From: the human T2T-CHM13v2.0 reference genome, Homo sapiens
DNA: 64,000 bases
Strand: one strand, 5' to 3'
Assembly: GCF_009914755.1 (NCBI RefSeq)
Contig: NC_060930.1
The notes below the pieces were generated by a model. The model had not been told where the DNA came from, did no database searches, and saw only the letters and a program-made list of their open reading frames with translations. The translations under genes and the position numbers were made by a program. Positions 12,486 through 30,559 of this stretch are shown in pieces (position 1 is the first letter of the stretch; every line of letters begins with the position of its first letter).

Positions 12486-14139
12486 AACTACTTAAAAATG
12501 ATAATACACAGTACTTAGTGTGTGCTGGAAATTGTCATTGTTTTTAGCCCATACTTCTAAACCCATCATCTAAATCTTTTACTGGCACAGATCATGAATG
12601 TCTCAAGTGACTATATTTCAAGAATTCCAGGGACAGTCCCAGTGTACACCTGTTGTCTCAGCATAATGATTGGTAGCATTCTGTTTTAATCTCAAAACTC
12701 TCTCAGTTTGGAAATAAATTACATGCTCATCCTAACACTGACTTGTAATTGAAAAAGCCAGTAGGCCCATTTTTGTACCTTCTCAGCATTACTTTAAATT
12801 ATAGTGCATACTCTTATTTCTAAAATTCTTATTCTCAGGCTTCTGTAATTGGAAGAATCATGCCCATATCCACTGTACCTTCCCATGAGGGTCGCAAGCA
12901 CTAGCAGGTGGCAAGCTCTCACACAGCTTCTCACTGTAGTCCAGGACTTCCAAGGGAATGCTTGCTCATGGATTTGACCAGGTTCACAAAGATTCTACCA
13001 CTTCTGCAATAGTCCCATGATTATTATGTTCATATGTATTTATATTGAATATCACCTATACAACATTTAGAAAATAACTATGTCCCATTCCTATATTTTG
13101 CTAAATCCTTTCAGTAGCTGGATTTCCATTTCTTCTCCATGTTTTTTATTTAATGGCTTTAAAGATTAACGATTCTTGCTTTAAGTTCAACCCATGACCT
13201 CTTTAATGAGTTAAAAGCATCAAGATACAAAATAGCAGATTTCATCATTGAAAAAAAATCACCCATCTAATTCAGAAAGTCTGTTTCTCTTAAAAAAAAA
13301 AATTTCGCTGTGCCAAAACATGTGAAACCCTTGTCGAATCTCAATCCTGTGCATTCACTTTATGCCCCAGGATGCATTTGGAATAATGGAGCATCAGGTT
13401 AACTATAGCTGAACCAATGACCAGAAAATATCTTCTACCAGCATCACACTTTTTAAATCTTGACCTTATTTAAGAGAAGGGATGAGAGATGCCCAAGTAA
13501 CAGCTGAAACTAAGCCACTCCCCTTCATTTGAGAACAGATAATCTAACGCCATTGATTCTTCTTAATCCCAACCAAGTCATCCTTTTAATCAATTAAAAG
13601 CAGGGACTAATGCACCAAGGTGAAACTCTTACCTGTGTGTAGTAACAGTATTGCAACATTCCCTGATTATTGTCAGGCTGTAAGACTCAGATTCTGCTCT
13701 GATTCCTTAATTGACCATCTTTCCAATTAATACAAAATCTTTATGGGCTTGGATCAACTTTAAACTTGCAGTTCATTTAGCAGAGGCCCACATGTTTTTC
13801 CTTATGCTTCTCGCTATCATTCTAGAAGCTATTTTACCCTATCCATACTTCCTTGTCTGGATCTTAGCTATACGGAAAGAGAGCTCAGAATCATTGTTGC
13901 TGTAGATACAACTCTTAAATATTACCTATTAACCACATTCATTGCTTCCCACTTAACTGGATGTTCTAATAATAATCACTTGCAGAATTTGTTAGGTGGC
14001 AGTAGAGTATTCTTATTGGTTAGTTCTCCAGTTCCTCCCTTTGCCCCAGGCCTGGAGTATGCCTCTATTATAATATTCTCCCATGCTTTTGGGCTTCCAG
14101 AATGCTCATGTCTGAATATATCCAAGCAAAAATAGTATT

Positions 14140-14300
14140 CTTTTGCTGCCACTTATTAGCCGTGAGACCTTGAGATATTTACATATTACTCCTGTGACTC
14201 ACTTTTCCAATTTGTACAAAAGAGGATAATAATACTTTATTTGCCTATTCAACAGGTTTTCTATGGATGAAACAAGACCGTGATGTTATACATGAAATGC
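14140..14300 (+). mobile_element. MIR SINE fragment
   Basis: gctgccacttattagccgtgagaccttgag...gaggataataatac, a degenerate MIR core. Confidence 0.6.
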
Positions 14301-15377
14301 TTTTTAATTATAAAGTAATATACAAGTTAAAGTATATTATCATGATGCTACTGATTCACTGATGGATATGTATATAATTCTACGTATAATGTACTTTATT
14401 AGAAATAGAATCTTTGGTGTGTCAACTTAAATGTTAAATTTTAGTGTTTCTTAATGTCTCAGGCAAAACAAGGACTAGCTAATACATTATTTACAATGGG
14501 GAAAACAGCAGAGAAAAATATCTTTTGACTATTATTTCTATTTTTTTGTGTACCTTGTAGCATTTTATATAAGCCTGATTCACTTGTCATTTTCAACATG
14601 TAGGTGACTGTGGTGACAGGATAGTCAGCTTTGTAAAAAATGCATTCAAACCTATTGCTCTGGACAAAGCCTTCAACATACATTTAAATCACAAAAAGTG
14701 GATAGGGTGCTGGACAATGTAGTCCAAAGACTTGTCACCTTAGGTGAGCATAATACTGGAAGGGCCCTAAAGCTGCAAGATGTTATCTTTTGAGACATAC
14801 TTTTTTTGGATGATTAATTTTCTTATTATTTTACCATTCTATTTCTGTCTTGCTTTTACTCACTGACCTTGTTCACTTTTACTAATAACATTGTTTTTGT
14901 ATCTAATTTATTTTGCTTATACCTTTCAACAGTAGATATTTTTAAAATATGTGTAAATTTATTTGTAATAGCATAGCACCATAATTTTATACAAAGTAGG
15001 TAGGATTATTTGACAAAAACGTATATTTGAAAAAAAAATTCTGAATACTACTGAAGTAATATCAAATGACAGTGGTTGATGAATTTCCAATGCTAGGTTT
15101 ACAGTACTGAATATATTCCTGAAAACATGAATTTGTATTGCTAAACCTTCTATACCAAGACTTTTCAGATATACTAACAATAGAATCTGTATTTATTGAG
15201 CTTACTCATTTTAATTAAAACAAGTATTGAATACTGACAGATTAAATACACAGTTACAAAGAATCATTCACTTCCTGAACCCTTACTTTAAAAAGGAAAA
15301 TTTTAGAAAATAACAGTGAAACTTAAAACATGTTGTAAGAGAGAAAAGAAAGGAAGCTTGTATTTATAAAGAGGCAT

Positions 15378-15727
15378 TGTATTAGTCCATTTTCACACTG
15401 CTGATAAAGACATACCTGAGACTGGGCAATTTACAAAAGAAAGAGAGAGGTTTATTGGACTTACAGTTCCACATGGGTGGGGAGGCCTCAAAATCATGGC
15501 AGATGGTGAAAGGCACATCTCACATGGTGGCAGACAAGAGAATAGAACTTGTGCAGAGAAAGTCTCCTTTTTAAAAATCATCAGATCTCACATGACTCAT
15601 TCACTATCATAAGAACAGCATGGGAAAGACCCACCCCCATAATTCAGTCACCTCCCTCGACATGTGGGAATTGTGGGAGTTACAATTCAAGATGAGATTT
15701 GGGTGGCGACATGGCCAAACCATATCA
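15378..15727 (-). mobile_element. THE1B MaLR solo LTR
   Basis: tgtattagtcc...ccaaaccatatca (reverse THE1), with perfect TSD GGCAT (15373-15377 / 15728-15732). Confidence 0.93.
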
Positions 15728-16816
15728 GGCATATTCATAAATGGGGAAATAAAAGAGATTAAACTTAAGATTTGATTGTTATGGCCAATGGGGCACAGGG
15801 TCAGGAGACAAAACTCAGAGGTAGAACAATGGGGAAAATATCACTGGAAACATCTTCACAAAAGTCTGGGACTCCAAAGGGCTCCTGTGTAAGAGTATAG
15901 TAAAAATAACACCTGTTATAAACTACAAGAAGAAAAAATTACATTTCTCAAATCTTGGCATTGAATTGAGTGAAAAACTCTCCCTTGGTTTATAACCATA
16001 AACTGTTCTTTTTTTAAGTTTGAGGAAACACATTTCTTTCATAGGTTAAAAATAAAGTGAAGTGGGAAGCCATGTTCAAGTTGACGTAGTGGTTGCAGCC
16101 GCTCAGCACACTGATCATCCTGGCACCCCACCCCCAGGGAAGCCACACTTGAGTCAGCAAATCAGCTGTGCCCCCTCAGTGCCTGAACTGACATGGCATA
16201 ATCTACCTTGCACCACAAATGCCACAAAACCCTGCAGCCTAGGCTGCTGAGGCACCTGCAGCCACTGTTGACACAGATTACAGCTGAAGAAGCTGCACAC
16301 ATGGTACACTACTACACCCACCCAGAACCAGAGCCAACCTACCCTACTCAAATGATATCCTAAGACACATCTGCAGATGATAGTGTTTCCTTACAAAACA
16401 CACTTTATGAAATTGGAAGAGGGGTCTTTTACCCCATCTGCATAGATATCAATGCTAGGACACAAGAAACATTAAAAAGCAAGAAAACTTGTCACCACAA
16501 AGGAACATAATGTTTTTCCAGTAACTGACCCCAAAGAAATGGAAATTTATAAATTGTCTGAAAATGAATCCAAAATAATGGTCTTAAGAAACTACAACGA
16601 GATACAGGAAAATACAGATAGACAATTCAAGGAAATTAGAAAAGCAATTCATGGTCTAAATGAGAAATTCAACACAAAAATAAATGTAATGAAAAAGAAT
16701 GAAGCAGAAATTTTGGAACTGAAGAATTCAATGAATGAAATAAAAAATGCAGCTAAGAACTTCAACATCAGACTAGATCAAGCAGAAGAAAGACTCTCTG
16801 AATTTGAATACATGTC

Positions 16817-17843
<1,027 letters not shown>

Positions 17844-18646
17844 TGAATACATGTATTTTAAAATAACCCAGGAGAATAAAAAAGAAAAAGAATGAAAAAG
17901 AGCAAAGTAAGTCTATTGGACTTATGGGACAAAATTAAGTGAATAAATTTTGGCCTCATGGGAGTCACAGAGGAAAAAGAAATGAAGAATGTCACAAAAG
18001 TCTTATTTAAGGAAAGAATTGCTGAAAACTTCCCCAAGTCTTGGGAGAGATATAGACATCCAGATCCGCTGAAGCTCAAAAGTACTCAAATAGATACACC
18101 CCAAAAGGGTTCTCTCCTAGGAACATTATTTCAAAATGTCAAAACTCAAAGACAAGGAAAGAATTCTAAAAGCAGCAATAGAAAAGCATCAAATCTCATA
18201 CAGGGGAACTGCATTAGACTCTCAGTGAGTTTCTCAGCAGAAAATTAGCAGGCTAGCAGAGAATGAGATGATGTATTTATACTGCTGAAAGAAAAAGACA
18301 TCTTCTAGACAAGAATACTATACCCAGAAATGCTACCTTTCAGTTATGAAAGAGATATAAAGTCTTTCTTAAACAAGCAAAAGCTGAGGGAATTTATAAC
18401 TACTAGACTGACATTAAGAAATTCTTAAAAGAATGCTTCTACTGGAAGAGAAGGAACAATAATTACAAACACAAAAACATATAAAAGCATAAAACTCACT
18501 CATTGAGGTAAATTCATAATCAAATTTATGACACTCCATTATTGTGATGGTGATGTATAAATATTTCAAATATCTAGTATACAGGTAAAAAAACAAATGG
18601 CCCAAAATAACTATAATAGCTACAATAAGTAATAAAGGAATACACA

Positions 18647-19054
<408 letters not shown>

Positions 19055-21325
19055 CTAAATTAAATTGCTATCCGCATAAGATAATCTATTTTAATGATGA
19101 GACATTCAATGTAAGTCTCAGAAAACACAAAGTAAGAAATGACATTGCATACACAAACGAGAAAGAGAGAGGAATCAAAACAGCACTATAGAAAAATTAC
19201 CAAATTGCAAATATATGCATGAAGAGGGGAAAAAAGGAACACAGGATGTACAAAACAACCAGAAAACAATTAACAAATTGGTAAGATTAAGTTTTTACCT
19301 ATCAAAAATAACCTTGAATGTAAGTAAATTAAATTTTCCAACCAAAAGACACAGTGACTAAATGAATTTTAAAAAATGCGATATAACTATATGCTGCCTA
19401 AAAGAGTCATTTTTAGCTTTAAGGACACACATAGGCTGAAAATAAAGGGATTAAAGAAAATATTTCATGCAAGCAGTTACAAATATAATGCAGGGGTGGT
19501 TGTACTTATATGAGATAAAAAAGACTCCAAGTCAAAAACTATTATAAGAGTCAAAGATAGTCATTATTTAATGATAATGACTCAATTTATCAAGGGAACA
19601 TAGCAAATATAAATATATATGCTCCCAACATTGGGACATCTAAATATATAAAGCAAATATTAATGGACATAAAGGAAGAAACAGATAGCAATACAATAAT
19701 AGTATGAGACTTAAATATCCCTCTTTCAACAATGAACAGATCAATCAGACAACATTAACAAGGAAATGCTGGGCTTGAACTGTACTTTAGACCAAATGGG
19801 CCTGACCGACATACGTAGAACTTTTTATCCAACAGCAACAGACTGTACACCCTTATCTAGTGTACATGGAACGGTCTCCAAAATAGAACATATGTTAGGC
19901 CACAAAACAAGTTTTAACAAATTCAAGAGGATTCAAATTATATCTATATTGTTTTTGACAACTGTATGTAACTAGAAATCAATAACCAAAAGATTCTTAG
20001 AAATTTTCCAAATATGTGGGAATTAAGCAACATGTTCCAATGAGCCAAAAAAATACCAAAAGGAAATTTTAAAATACCTTGAGATATAAATGCCTACGTT
20101 AAAAAAGAAGATACATTTCAAATAAATAGCCTTGAATTATAATTCAAGAAGCAAGAAAAATAATAAAATACCAAGCCCAAAGTTAGCAGAGAGGAAGAAA
20201 TAAAAAAGAATAGAACAGAAATAAATCAAATAGAGAGCAGAAAAATGGTATAAAAATTAGTATAACCAATAGTTGATTCTTAGAAAAAATAAACAAAATT
20301 GTCAAACTTCTAGCTATACTAAGAAAGAAAAAGAAAGAAGGCTCAAATAAACAAAATCAGAAAAAGAAGTAGAGATCTTACAACAGATGCCTCAGAAATA
20401 AGTATTATAAGAGACTATTATGAATAGTTATGTCCCAACAAATTGAATAACCTAGAGAAAAAGGATAAATTTGTTGAAAAAATGTGACCTACCAAGATTG
20501 AATCTGGAAGAAATAGAAAGCTTGAGAAGACCAATAACAAATAAAGAGATTGAATAAGTAATTAAAAACCTTCCAATAAAGAAAAACCCAGGACCAGATA
20601 GCTTCATGGCTGAACTCTACCAAACATTCAAAGAATAATTATGACTAAGACTTCTTCAATTCTTCCAAAAAAATGGAGCAGAGGAAATGCTTCCAAGGAC
20701 AGTTCATGAGGCCAGCATCATAGTGATACCTAAGCAAGGCAAATACACTCCTCAAGCCAATATTTTTTCTAAAAAAAAAAAACCCACAAGCCAATATCTC
20801 TTCTAAATATCAATACAAAAATACTCAATAAATATTAGCAAACCAAATTCAGCAACACATCAAAAAGATTGTACATCCTAAACAAGCAAGATTCATTTTG
20901 GGCATGCAAGGCTGGTTTAATATTCACAGATCAAACAATATGATACATCAAATTAACAAAATAAAAGATAAAAACCACATGATCATTTAAAGCATTCAAC
21001 AAACTTCATCATTCTTTCATGATAAAAGCTTTTAACACTTAGAGTAGAGAAGGAAAGTTCCTCAACACAATAAAAGCTGTTTATGAAAACCCCACAGCTA
21101 ATTTCATAATCAACAGAGAAAAACTGAAAGCTTTTCCACTAAGATTCAGAACAAGGCAAGGATGCCCACTCCTTTCACTTCTATTCAACATAGTAATGGA
21201 AGTACTAGCAAGAACAATCAGAAAAGAAAAATGAAATAGAAGGCATTTAAATCAGAAATGAAGAAGTGCAAATTTCACTATTTACCAATGGTATAGTTTT
21301 ATATATAGAAAACCCCAAAAACTTC

Positions 21326-21349
21326 ACACACACACACACACACACACAC
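21326..21349. repeat. (CA)n microsatellite
   Basis: Directly visible. Confidence 0.95.
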
Positions 21350-22099
21350 TGTTAGAACTAGAAAATAAAGTTGAAGAACACAGAAATCTACATACAAAAA
21401 TTAGTAGCAATTCCAAACAAATAACCTAGCTGAAAAAAAATCAAGGAAACAATCCCACTTATAATAGCATTTTTTAAAAGTACTTAGGAATAAATTTAAC
21501 CAAGGAGGTGAAATATTTATACACTGAAGATAGTAAAATATTAATGAAAGAATTTGAAGCAGATACAAATAAATGAAAAGGTATCCTATGTTCATGGATG
21601 GAAAAAAATATGCTTAAAATGTCCATACTATCCAAAACAATATATAGATTTAATGCAATCTCTATAAGAACTCCAATGGTATTCTTCACAGAAATAGAAA
21701 AAACAATCCTAAAATTTGTATGGAACCACAAAAATACCCTGAATAGCTAGAGCAATCTTGAGAAAGTAAAACAAAGTTGGAGGCGTTACATTTTATAATT
21801 TAAAATTATATTGCAAAGCTATGGTAATCAATACAATGTGGTGCTGGCATGAAAACAGACACATAGGCTAATGAAACGGAAGACAGTTCCCAGAAATAAA
21901 TCCAAACACGTATGGCCAAATAATTTTTGACAAGGGCACCAGGAGGAAACAATGGGGAATGGATAACCTATTCAATAAATTTTTCTGGGAAAACTAGTCT
22001 TCTACCTGCAAAAACATGAAACTGAAAACTTATCTTACACCATACACAAAAATCAATTCAAAATAGGTAAAAAACCTAAAACCACAAAACTCTAAGAAA

Positions 22100-23100
22100 A
22101 TAACATAGATTAAATATTAATTAAAATTTTAAAAATTAGATTAAATGATAATAAAACCATACAATAGTCAAATTTGTGGTATCTGGCTAAATAGTATTTA
22201 AAGAGACATTTATAGTGCATACATTAGAAATATAGAAATTGTGTAGATGAATTTCCTAAACATCTAACATAGAAAGTTAATAAAGAACAACATAATATAC
22301 CCAAAGGAAATGGAAGGAAGAAGATAATACAGATCAGAGAAGAAGCTAATGTAATAGGAAATAAATATAAAATAGAATCTATAAAGTAAAAAGTGAAAAA
22401 AGTTACCTGAAAATATTAAGTATTGAAGTGAATATAGTGCTATGATTAGAGTACTCATGTACTGCAGGTGCAAGTGTAACTTGGTACAACCACTTTGGAA
22501 TACAATTAGGCATATATACTATAGTTGAAGATGAACATACTGTACAACCCAAGAGTTCTAGTACTAGTTTTTTGTATAATACAGAAACTATGGAGACTGT
22601 GCATCTGGAAATAGATGCAGAAATCTTCATAGATGCACTCTCTGAAATAAAAATGTATTATTTTTTTAAAAAGGTATGCATAACACAAATGACATTAAAA
22701 GTAAAATGGCCAAATTATGGTATATTCATACAATGAAGTCCTAAAAAGTAATAAAAATTAAATTATAGCTATATGCAGTAATACTGACAAATCTTTGGAA
22801 AATAATATTGAAATAAAAGAGAAACTCAGAAAATAACCAGTGCTATATTTTTTAAAATTTAAAAAACATGCAGAATAAATAATATACTATTATAGATAAA
22901 TAGGTATATGGTAAAAGTATAAAGCAAAGCAAATAAATAAAATACAACATCAGGATGGTTTTTTTTTTTTCAGAGAGAAAGAGAAAAAATAAATTTTTTT
23001 TCTGATGGAATCAGAAAGGGGCATGCATGCATCAAAGAAAATAATTTTCTCTTCTGATATTGGGTTGTGAGTGTAGGAATGTCCACAGCATTAGTACATT
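22100..23100 (+). mobile_element. Highly decayed L1M/L1ME fragments
   Basis: A-rich ORF2-like and 3'-end-like motifs (ttggtacaaccactttgga, aaattatggtatattcatacaatg). Confidence 0.55.
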
Positions 23101-23113
23101 TGTATCTTAGAGA

Positions 23114-25415
<2,302 letters not shown>

Positions 25416-25659
25416 CTACTTAATACTTAATAAAAAATATTTTTTAAAATGAGCCCTACAGTTATAAGATGAGACCTAAGGAGAAAGATCCCCTCACTAG
25501 GGTAACTTGGACTTGGTACGTGGGCAAGCTGTGGGCAGGCTAGACAACCTGACCTACAAAACCTGTTCACAAATAAGAAATTCAGAAAATTTTTAAAATG
25601 TGCTTTTTGAAATAAAAATGTCCTCTGTAAGAATCAAGCTCATAAAACCTTTACATGCC

Positions 25660-26125
25660 TCTGAGCATTGCTTCAACCAGCCATTCCTTTCATCTACTCA
25701 GTTCTCTCCATGTCTGCACTGCAATTAGTCCAAGTTGCCATTCTTTCTTCTTGGACCATTGCAGTCATCTCTGAACGAGCTGCCCCACATTTGCCCAAGC
25801 TTCCTAAGATCCATTTGTACTGTGTAGTCAGAGAAATTTTTCCTCCAAAAAAAAAAAAAATCCTATTACCCTCAACTCTTCCCTAAACTCCTACTCAAAT
25901 TGTGCTTTCAATGACTTGTCATTGCTTTCATAACAAACACAAATGCCTTAACTGCATCTGCAAGGCTTGGCATGGTCTGGCCCGAGATTCTGCCTCTTTC
26001 TTTTGCACTTCCCTCTGCTTGCTCTCTAAAATGTATCCATACTATCTTCTTGGTTCCTGACAAGTATCTGTGCTTATTCTCACTTTAGGGCCCGTGCAAA
26101 TACAGTTTCCTCTAAGAAATATTCT
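25660..26125 (+). mobile_element. L2 fragment
   Basis: Pyrimidine-rich sequence resembling L2 ORF2/3' region. Confidence 0.5.
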
Positions 26126-26220
26126 TTATACTCCCCAATTTCTGCTGCTTACATTTCTCAATGATTTCTGTTTTCATCTTTACTACCCAATCAAAAGTGG
26201 AGATGTAAAAGGAGAGAATA

Positions 26221-27213
26221 AACAAGCATGTGAAAGAAGGATCAACATCACTAATCATTAGAGAAATTAAAAAGAAAATTTATGATGAAATCTTCAAAAT
26301 CAACTGCACCAAGAGCAAAAATTGGTAAGTAAGACTGAGTTAAACTAAAGTACTTCTGTCCAGCAAAAGGAACTATCAACAGAGTAAAAAGACAACCTAC
26401 AGAAGGGGGGGAAATATTCACAAATTTTGCATTCAACAAACATCTAGTATCCAGAATTTATAAGGAATTCAAGTTTAACAAGCAAAAAACAAATAACCCC
26501 ATTAAAAAGTGGGCAAAATACATGAACAGACACTTCTTAAAAGAAAACATACAAGCAGCCACAAACATGAAAAAGTGTTCAACATCACTAATCATCAGAG
26601 AAATGCAAATTGAAACCACAATGAGATACCTTCTCACATCAGTCAGAATAGCTATTATTAAAAAGTTATAAAACAACACATGCAGGTGAAGCTCCAGAGA
26701 AAAGGGAATGCTTATACTCTGCTGGTGGAAATGTAAATTAGTTGAGCTACTGTGGAAAGCAGTTAGAATATTTCTCAAAGAACTTAAAACAGAATTACCA
26801 TTCAACCCAGCAATCTTTGATGGGTGTATACCCAAATGAAAATAAATTATTCTACCAAAGACACATGTACTATATTCATTGCAGCACCATTCACAATAGC
26901 AAAGACATGGAAACAACATAGACACCCATCAACAATGGATTGGCTAAAGAAACTGTGGTACATATACATTATGGAATACTATGCAGCCAAAAGAAAGAAT
27001 GAACTCATGTCCTTTGCAGCAACATGGATGAAGCTGGACGTCATTATCCTAAGTGAACTAATGCAAGAACAGAAATCAGAATACCACATGTTCTAACTTA
27101 TGAGTGGGAGCTAAATATTGAGTACAGCAGGACAACAATGGACACTGAGGCCTAATGAAGAGAGAAGGCTGGGAGGAGAGTGAACGTTGGAAAAAAAGAC
27201 AAAAAAAAAAAAC
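26221..27213 (+). mobile_element. Old primate L1 (L1PA15/16 or L1PB-like) 3' portion with premature A-tail
   Basis: ORF2 C-terminal translation (26824-27096), partial 3' UTR, and A-run at 27191-27213. Candidate TSD aagg[a/t]gagaata at 26209-26220 / 27214-27225. Confidence 0.85.
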
Positions 27214-28053
27214 AAGGTGAGAATAGGAAGAATTAATTTAAACTAGAGGGTTAAAAAGGAAAGACTAACTACTATAAATCTTATACCATCAGGGGACATG
27301 ATGTGAAGTGGTATGACAAAGAAAAAGAGAATAATTCTTGAGTTAACAGTGGAAAACAAAAACAGAGTTAAATCTTGTGTTATGATGAACTTCGAGAGTC
27401 AAGTATTAATAGAAGAGGACCAGTAAAGAAATTAACAGGAATCTAAGGCCTGTCATATTCTGTGCCCATCCTGGCATCTCTGTTTTCTGAAATAAACCCT
27501 TCTCTACATCCAGATTATTTAGTGTGCACCAATTGGGATTTGCTGGTTTCTGTCTTTTGCCTTTGTTCCTGCTGCAACTTTCTCCCAGAATGCTATGCTA
27601 TTCTCTCCTTCATTCATATCATGTATTTTATTCAAGACAGAGCTGAAGTTTCACCTCTCATAAGAAGCCCTCACTAATCATTTCCTACTCTAAAGTACTG
27701 TATATGTTCTAGTACTTAAGATTCCATTTAGCACTTAATTACTTGAGGTGATGTACCCAATTACCTGGGAGTCAGACATCTTCAATTTCAACCATCCAGA
27801 GTAAAACAAGGAATTGGAAGCAATTAAAAAAAAAAGAAACCAGATGACTTATAGAAAAAAAATAGCACTCTTTTAATCCATGTACACATGAGTCAGTGTC
27901 ACTTAAGAGTCTAAATGTACCGAGGAGCCTTCTGGTTTCCCCAGAACACACATATGGTTCACGAACTCTACCCTACTCTCTCAATTCCCTTTACAAGGAC
28001 AATCAAAATTCTGTTTTGTTTTCACTGTCTGACAGCCTAACTACCTAGCCCAC

Positions 28054-28428
28054 TGTATTGGTCTGTTTTCACACTGCTATAAAGGACTGCCTGAGACTGG
28101 GTAATTTATAAAGAAAAGAAGTTTAATTGACTCACAGTTCCACATGGCAGGGGAGGCCTCAGGAAATGTGCAATCATGGTGGAAGTGAAAGCAGGCATGT
28201 CTTACATAGCAGCAGGTAAGAGAGAGAAGAGCACAGGGGGGAACTGCCAAACACTTTTTAAAACCATCAGATCTCCTGAGAACTCATTCATTATCAGGAG
28301 AACAGCCTAGGGGGAGACTGCCCCCATGATCCAGTCACCTCCCACCAGGTTCCTCCCTCAACATGTGGGGATTATAGGGATTACAATTAGAGATGAGATC
28401 TGGTTGGGGACATAGAGCCAAACTATCA
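28054..28428 (-). mobile_element. MSTA/THE1D-type MaLR solo LTR
   Basis: tgtattggtctgttttcacactgctataaag...gagccaaactatca; TSD cccac / accac. Confidence 0.9.
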
Positions 28429-29859
28429 ACCACTGAAAATCAACTTTGAATCAACTCCTATGAAAAGGCTGTAATATCAGGAAGCAATTAGTAATAAGAT
28501 CTACAACACCAATGTTATTTTTGAGAGGGAGACTTAGATGAGAGGCTGTGTTAACTATATTTAGGATAATTTTTACTTGGGTAATTTTGAATGGAATTCC
28601 ACTCATATTCGAGGCATTATTTAAATCTGCCTAGAAAATAAGTGGAGTTGGAAGAACACTGAATCTTAAAGGAAATGGAGTATCTATGCAATATTACAGA
28701 ATTAACATTAGCAGAACTTCATGACACTAATGTTCAAACTTTACAGCTTATACCCTGCTGTTAGATAAAGTTTTATTTTTCTAACTTAGTTGCCCAAACC
28801 TTCATAGTTCAAGAGGACTAGGGACTTATTTAGTGAGTTTTGGAAAAATTGTCCCAGGCCCTAGTGGAATAGGAAACATCTGATAAGTCAAAAGGCAAGC
28901 CCCATCTGCTGTTTACTTCTGAGCTTTTTGTTGAGTAGTTGCCTCAAGGCTGTATTTCTCAATCCATTTATTATTATTAATTATTATTATTACTGCCCCT
29001 TTAAGGAGCCTTTAAAAATATTTTTCCTGATCACTCACCCATCAAATTTTAATATCACAGGTGTAGTCTATATCTGTTTATATACTCTATGTATATAATA
29101 GATATGTATATCTGTGTTTTATTTGCAAAAAGAATAAGTATAATTATTTTAATTCAGTATAAGACTAAGTACAAATTTTAAACTAAAAGCTAAATTAAAA
29201 ATCGCAAAGCTATTAACATTTAACTTTTTAACTGTATTTGTTGACTAACTTATTTACTTACATAAATTTTCAAATTACACATTTAAGATATCAATTTATA
29301 TAAATTTTTTTTTTCTCTCTCTCTCTGTGACTGGAGGCAAGTTTGCTAGCTGAGTTGCAAGGCCCTGAACTAAGTCACTGACTGGTGTCCACCTGGGAAG
29401 TTGCCAGCAGTAGCAAGGCAGGCTGCTGACTGGGGAGGAAAGCTTTGGGCACCAGGAGAAAACAGGGCAGAGGGGAAACTCTGCCTCTTGTTCTCTGCAG
29501 TTCACAGTGGTACCCCTGTCTGTTGTGCTGTATGTCTAGATTTGGCCTGTAGGTCACACTTTGCAATCCAGTAACCAAATTATTAACTTGTAAGGCAGTA
29601 AATAGATTTAGCAGGCTAATGTGTTATGTGAAATTGTTCCATTGCACAAAATGTTACATCAATGAGTAATATTATTATGCTGTCCTATATTTCTTTTTGT
29701 TTCCAATTAGCAGGGATATTTTTATTGTATCTGTTGATGGAAGTGTTTCTTTAGAAACAAAGTCCTCTAAACCAACAGAGACCAGTAATACAAAAATAGG
29801 AGGCAACCTTAGCAGGTATATTATAATTAGCAGTGATGATATATCTACTCATGATTCCC

Positions 29860-30555
29860 AGATGTGTTTATTTTGACTATACCCTGTTCTATGGCAGAAC
29901 ACACCAATTCTGCAAGGTGTAATTTTGCAGATGGCAGTATAACTGAATCTTCCATGAGCCATTTTATCATTCTGCTGAGCCAGCAATTTCTGAGAAATGG
30001 AGTAAGTTGTAAGATTACTGCAATTCAGAAACATTGTCACAGTTGTTATGTTTCTTTTGTGGTGAAATGAGTCACTTAAGTGGAAACAATGTTATGTGGA
30101 CTGAAAACAGTCACTATGGCAATTTGAAAGTTCATAGATGATGGTGCTAGCAAAAGCGTGCGACAGCCATGGAAGACAAATCTATATCTGGAACATGTGG
30201 CTTTTGCTCTGAGGATATATCTTCACCTCTACTATGATGAAGCAGATCTGATGTAATTTATGGGTTAAAGTAGGGGGACCAAGGAACAGCTGGTCCCCCC
30301 AGGGCATGATGATTATTGACAATTAAACATTGGCTCCTAATGTTGGTAGGTTGGGCATTTAGCAGTGGTGGTAGTTGTCTCACACTTGATGGGGTAGATG
30401 CCCTGCTCTTAAGTCCCTGCATAAGCCTCTATCACCACCTTCATGGTCACTTTGTACATGGGTCCATTTGGCAAGTAGCAGGTGGCTGAGTAAAGAGAAT
30501 GACTGACATTCGCAAGATGGTTCATTTAATCCACCTAATTATTGATAGCCTCTCA
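29860..30555 (-). mobile_element. ERVL-type internal pol (integrase) fossil
   Basis: Minus-strand decayed translation AKWTHVQSDHEGGDRG...TTTAKCPTYQH...PWGDQL parallels HERV-L integrase AQWAHEQSGHGGRDG...TAECPICQQ...PRGDQP (HHCC zinc-finger region). Confidence 0.75.
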
Positions 30556-30559
30556 AAAT

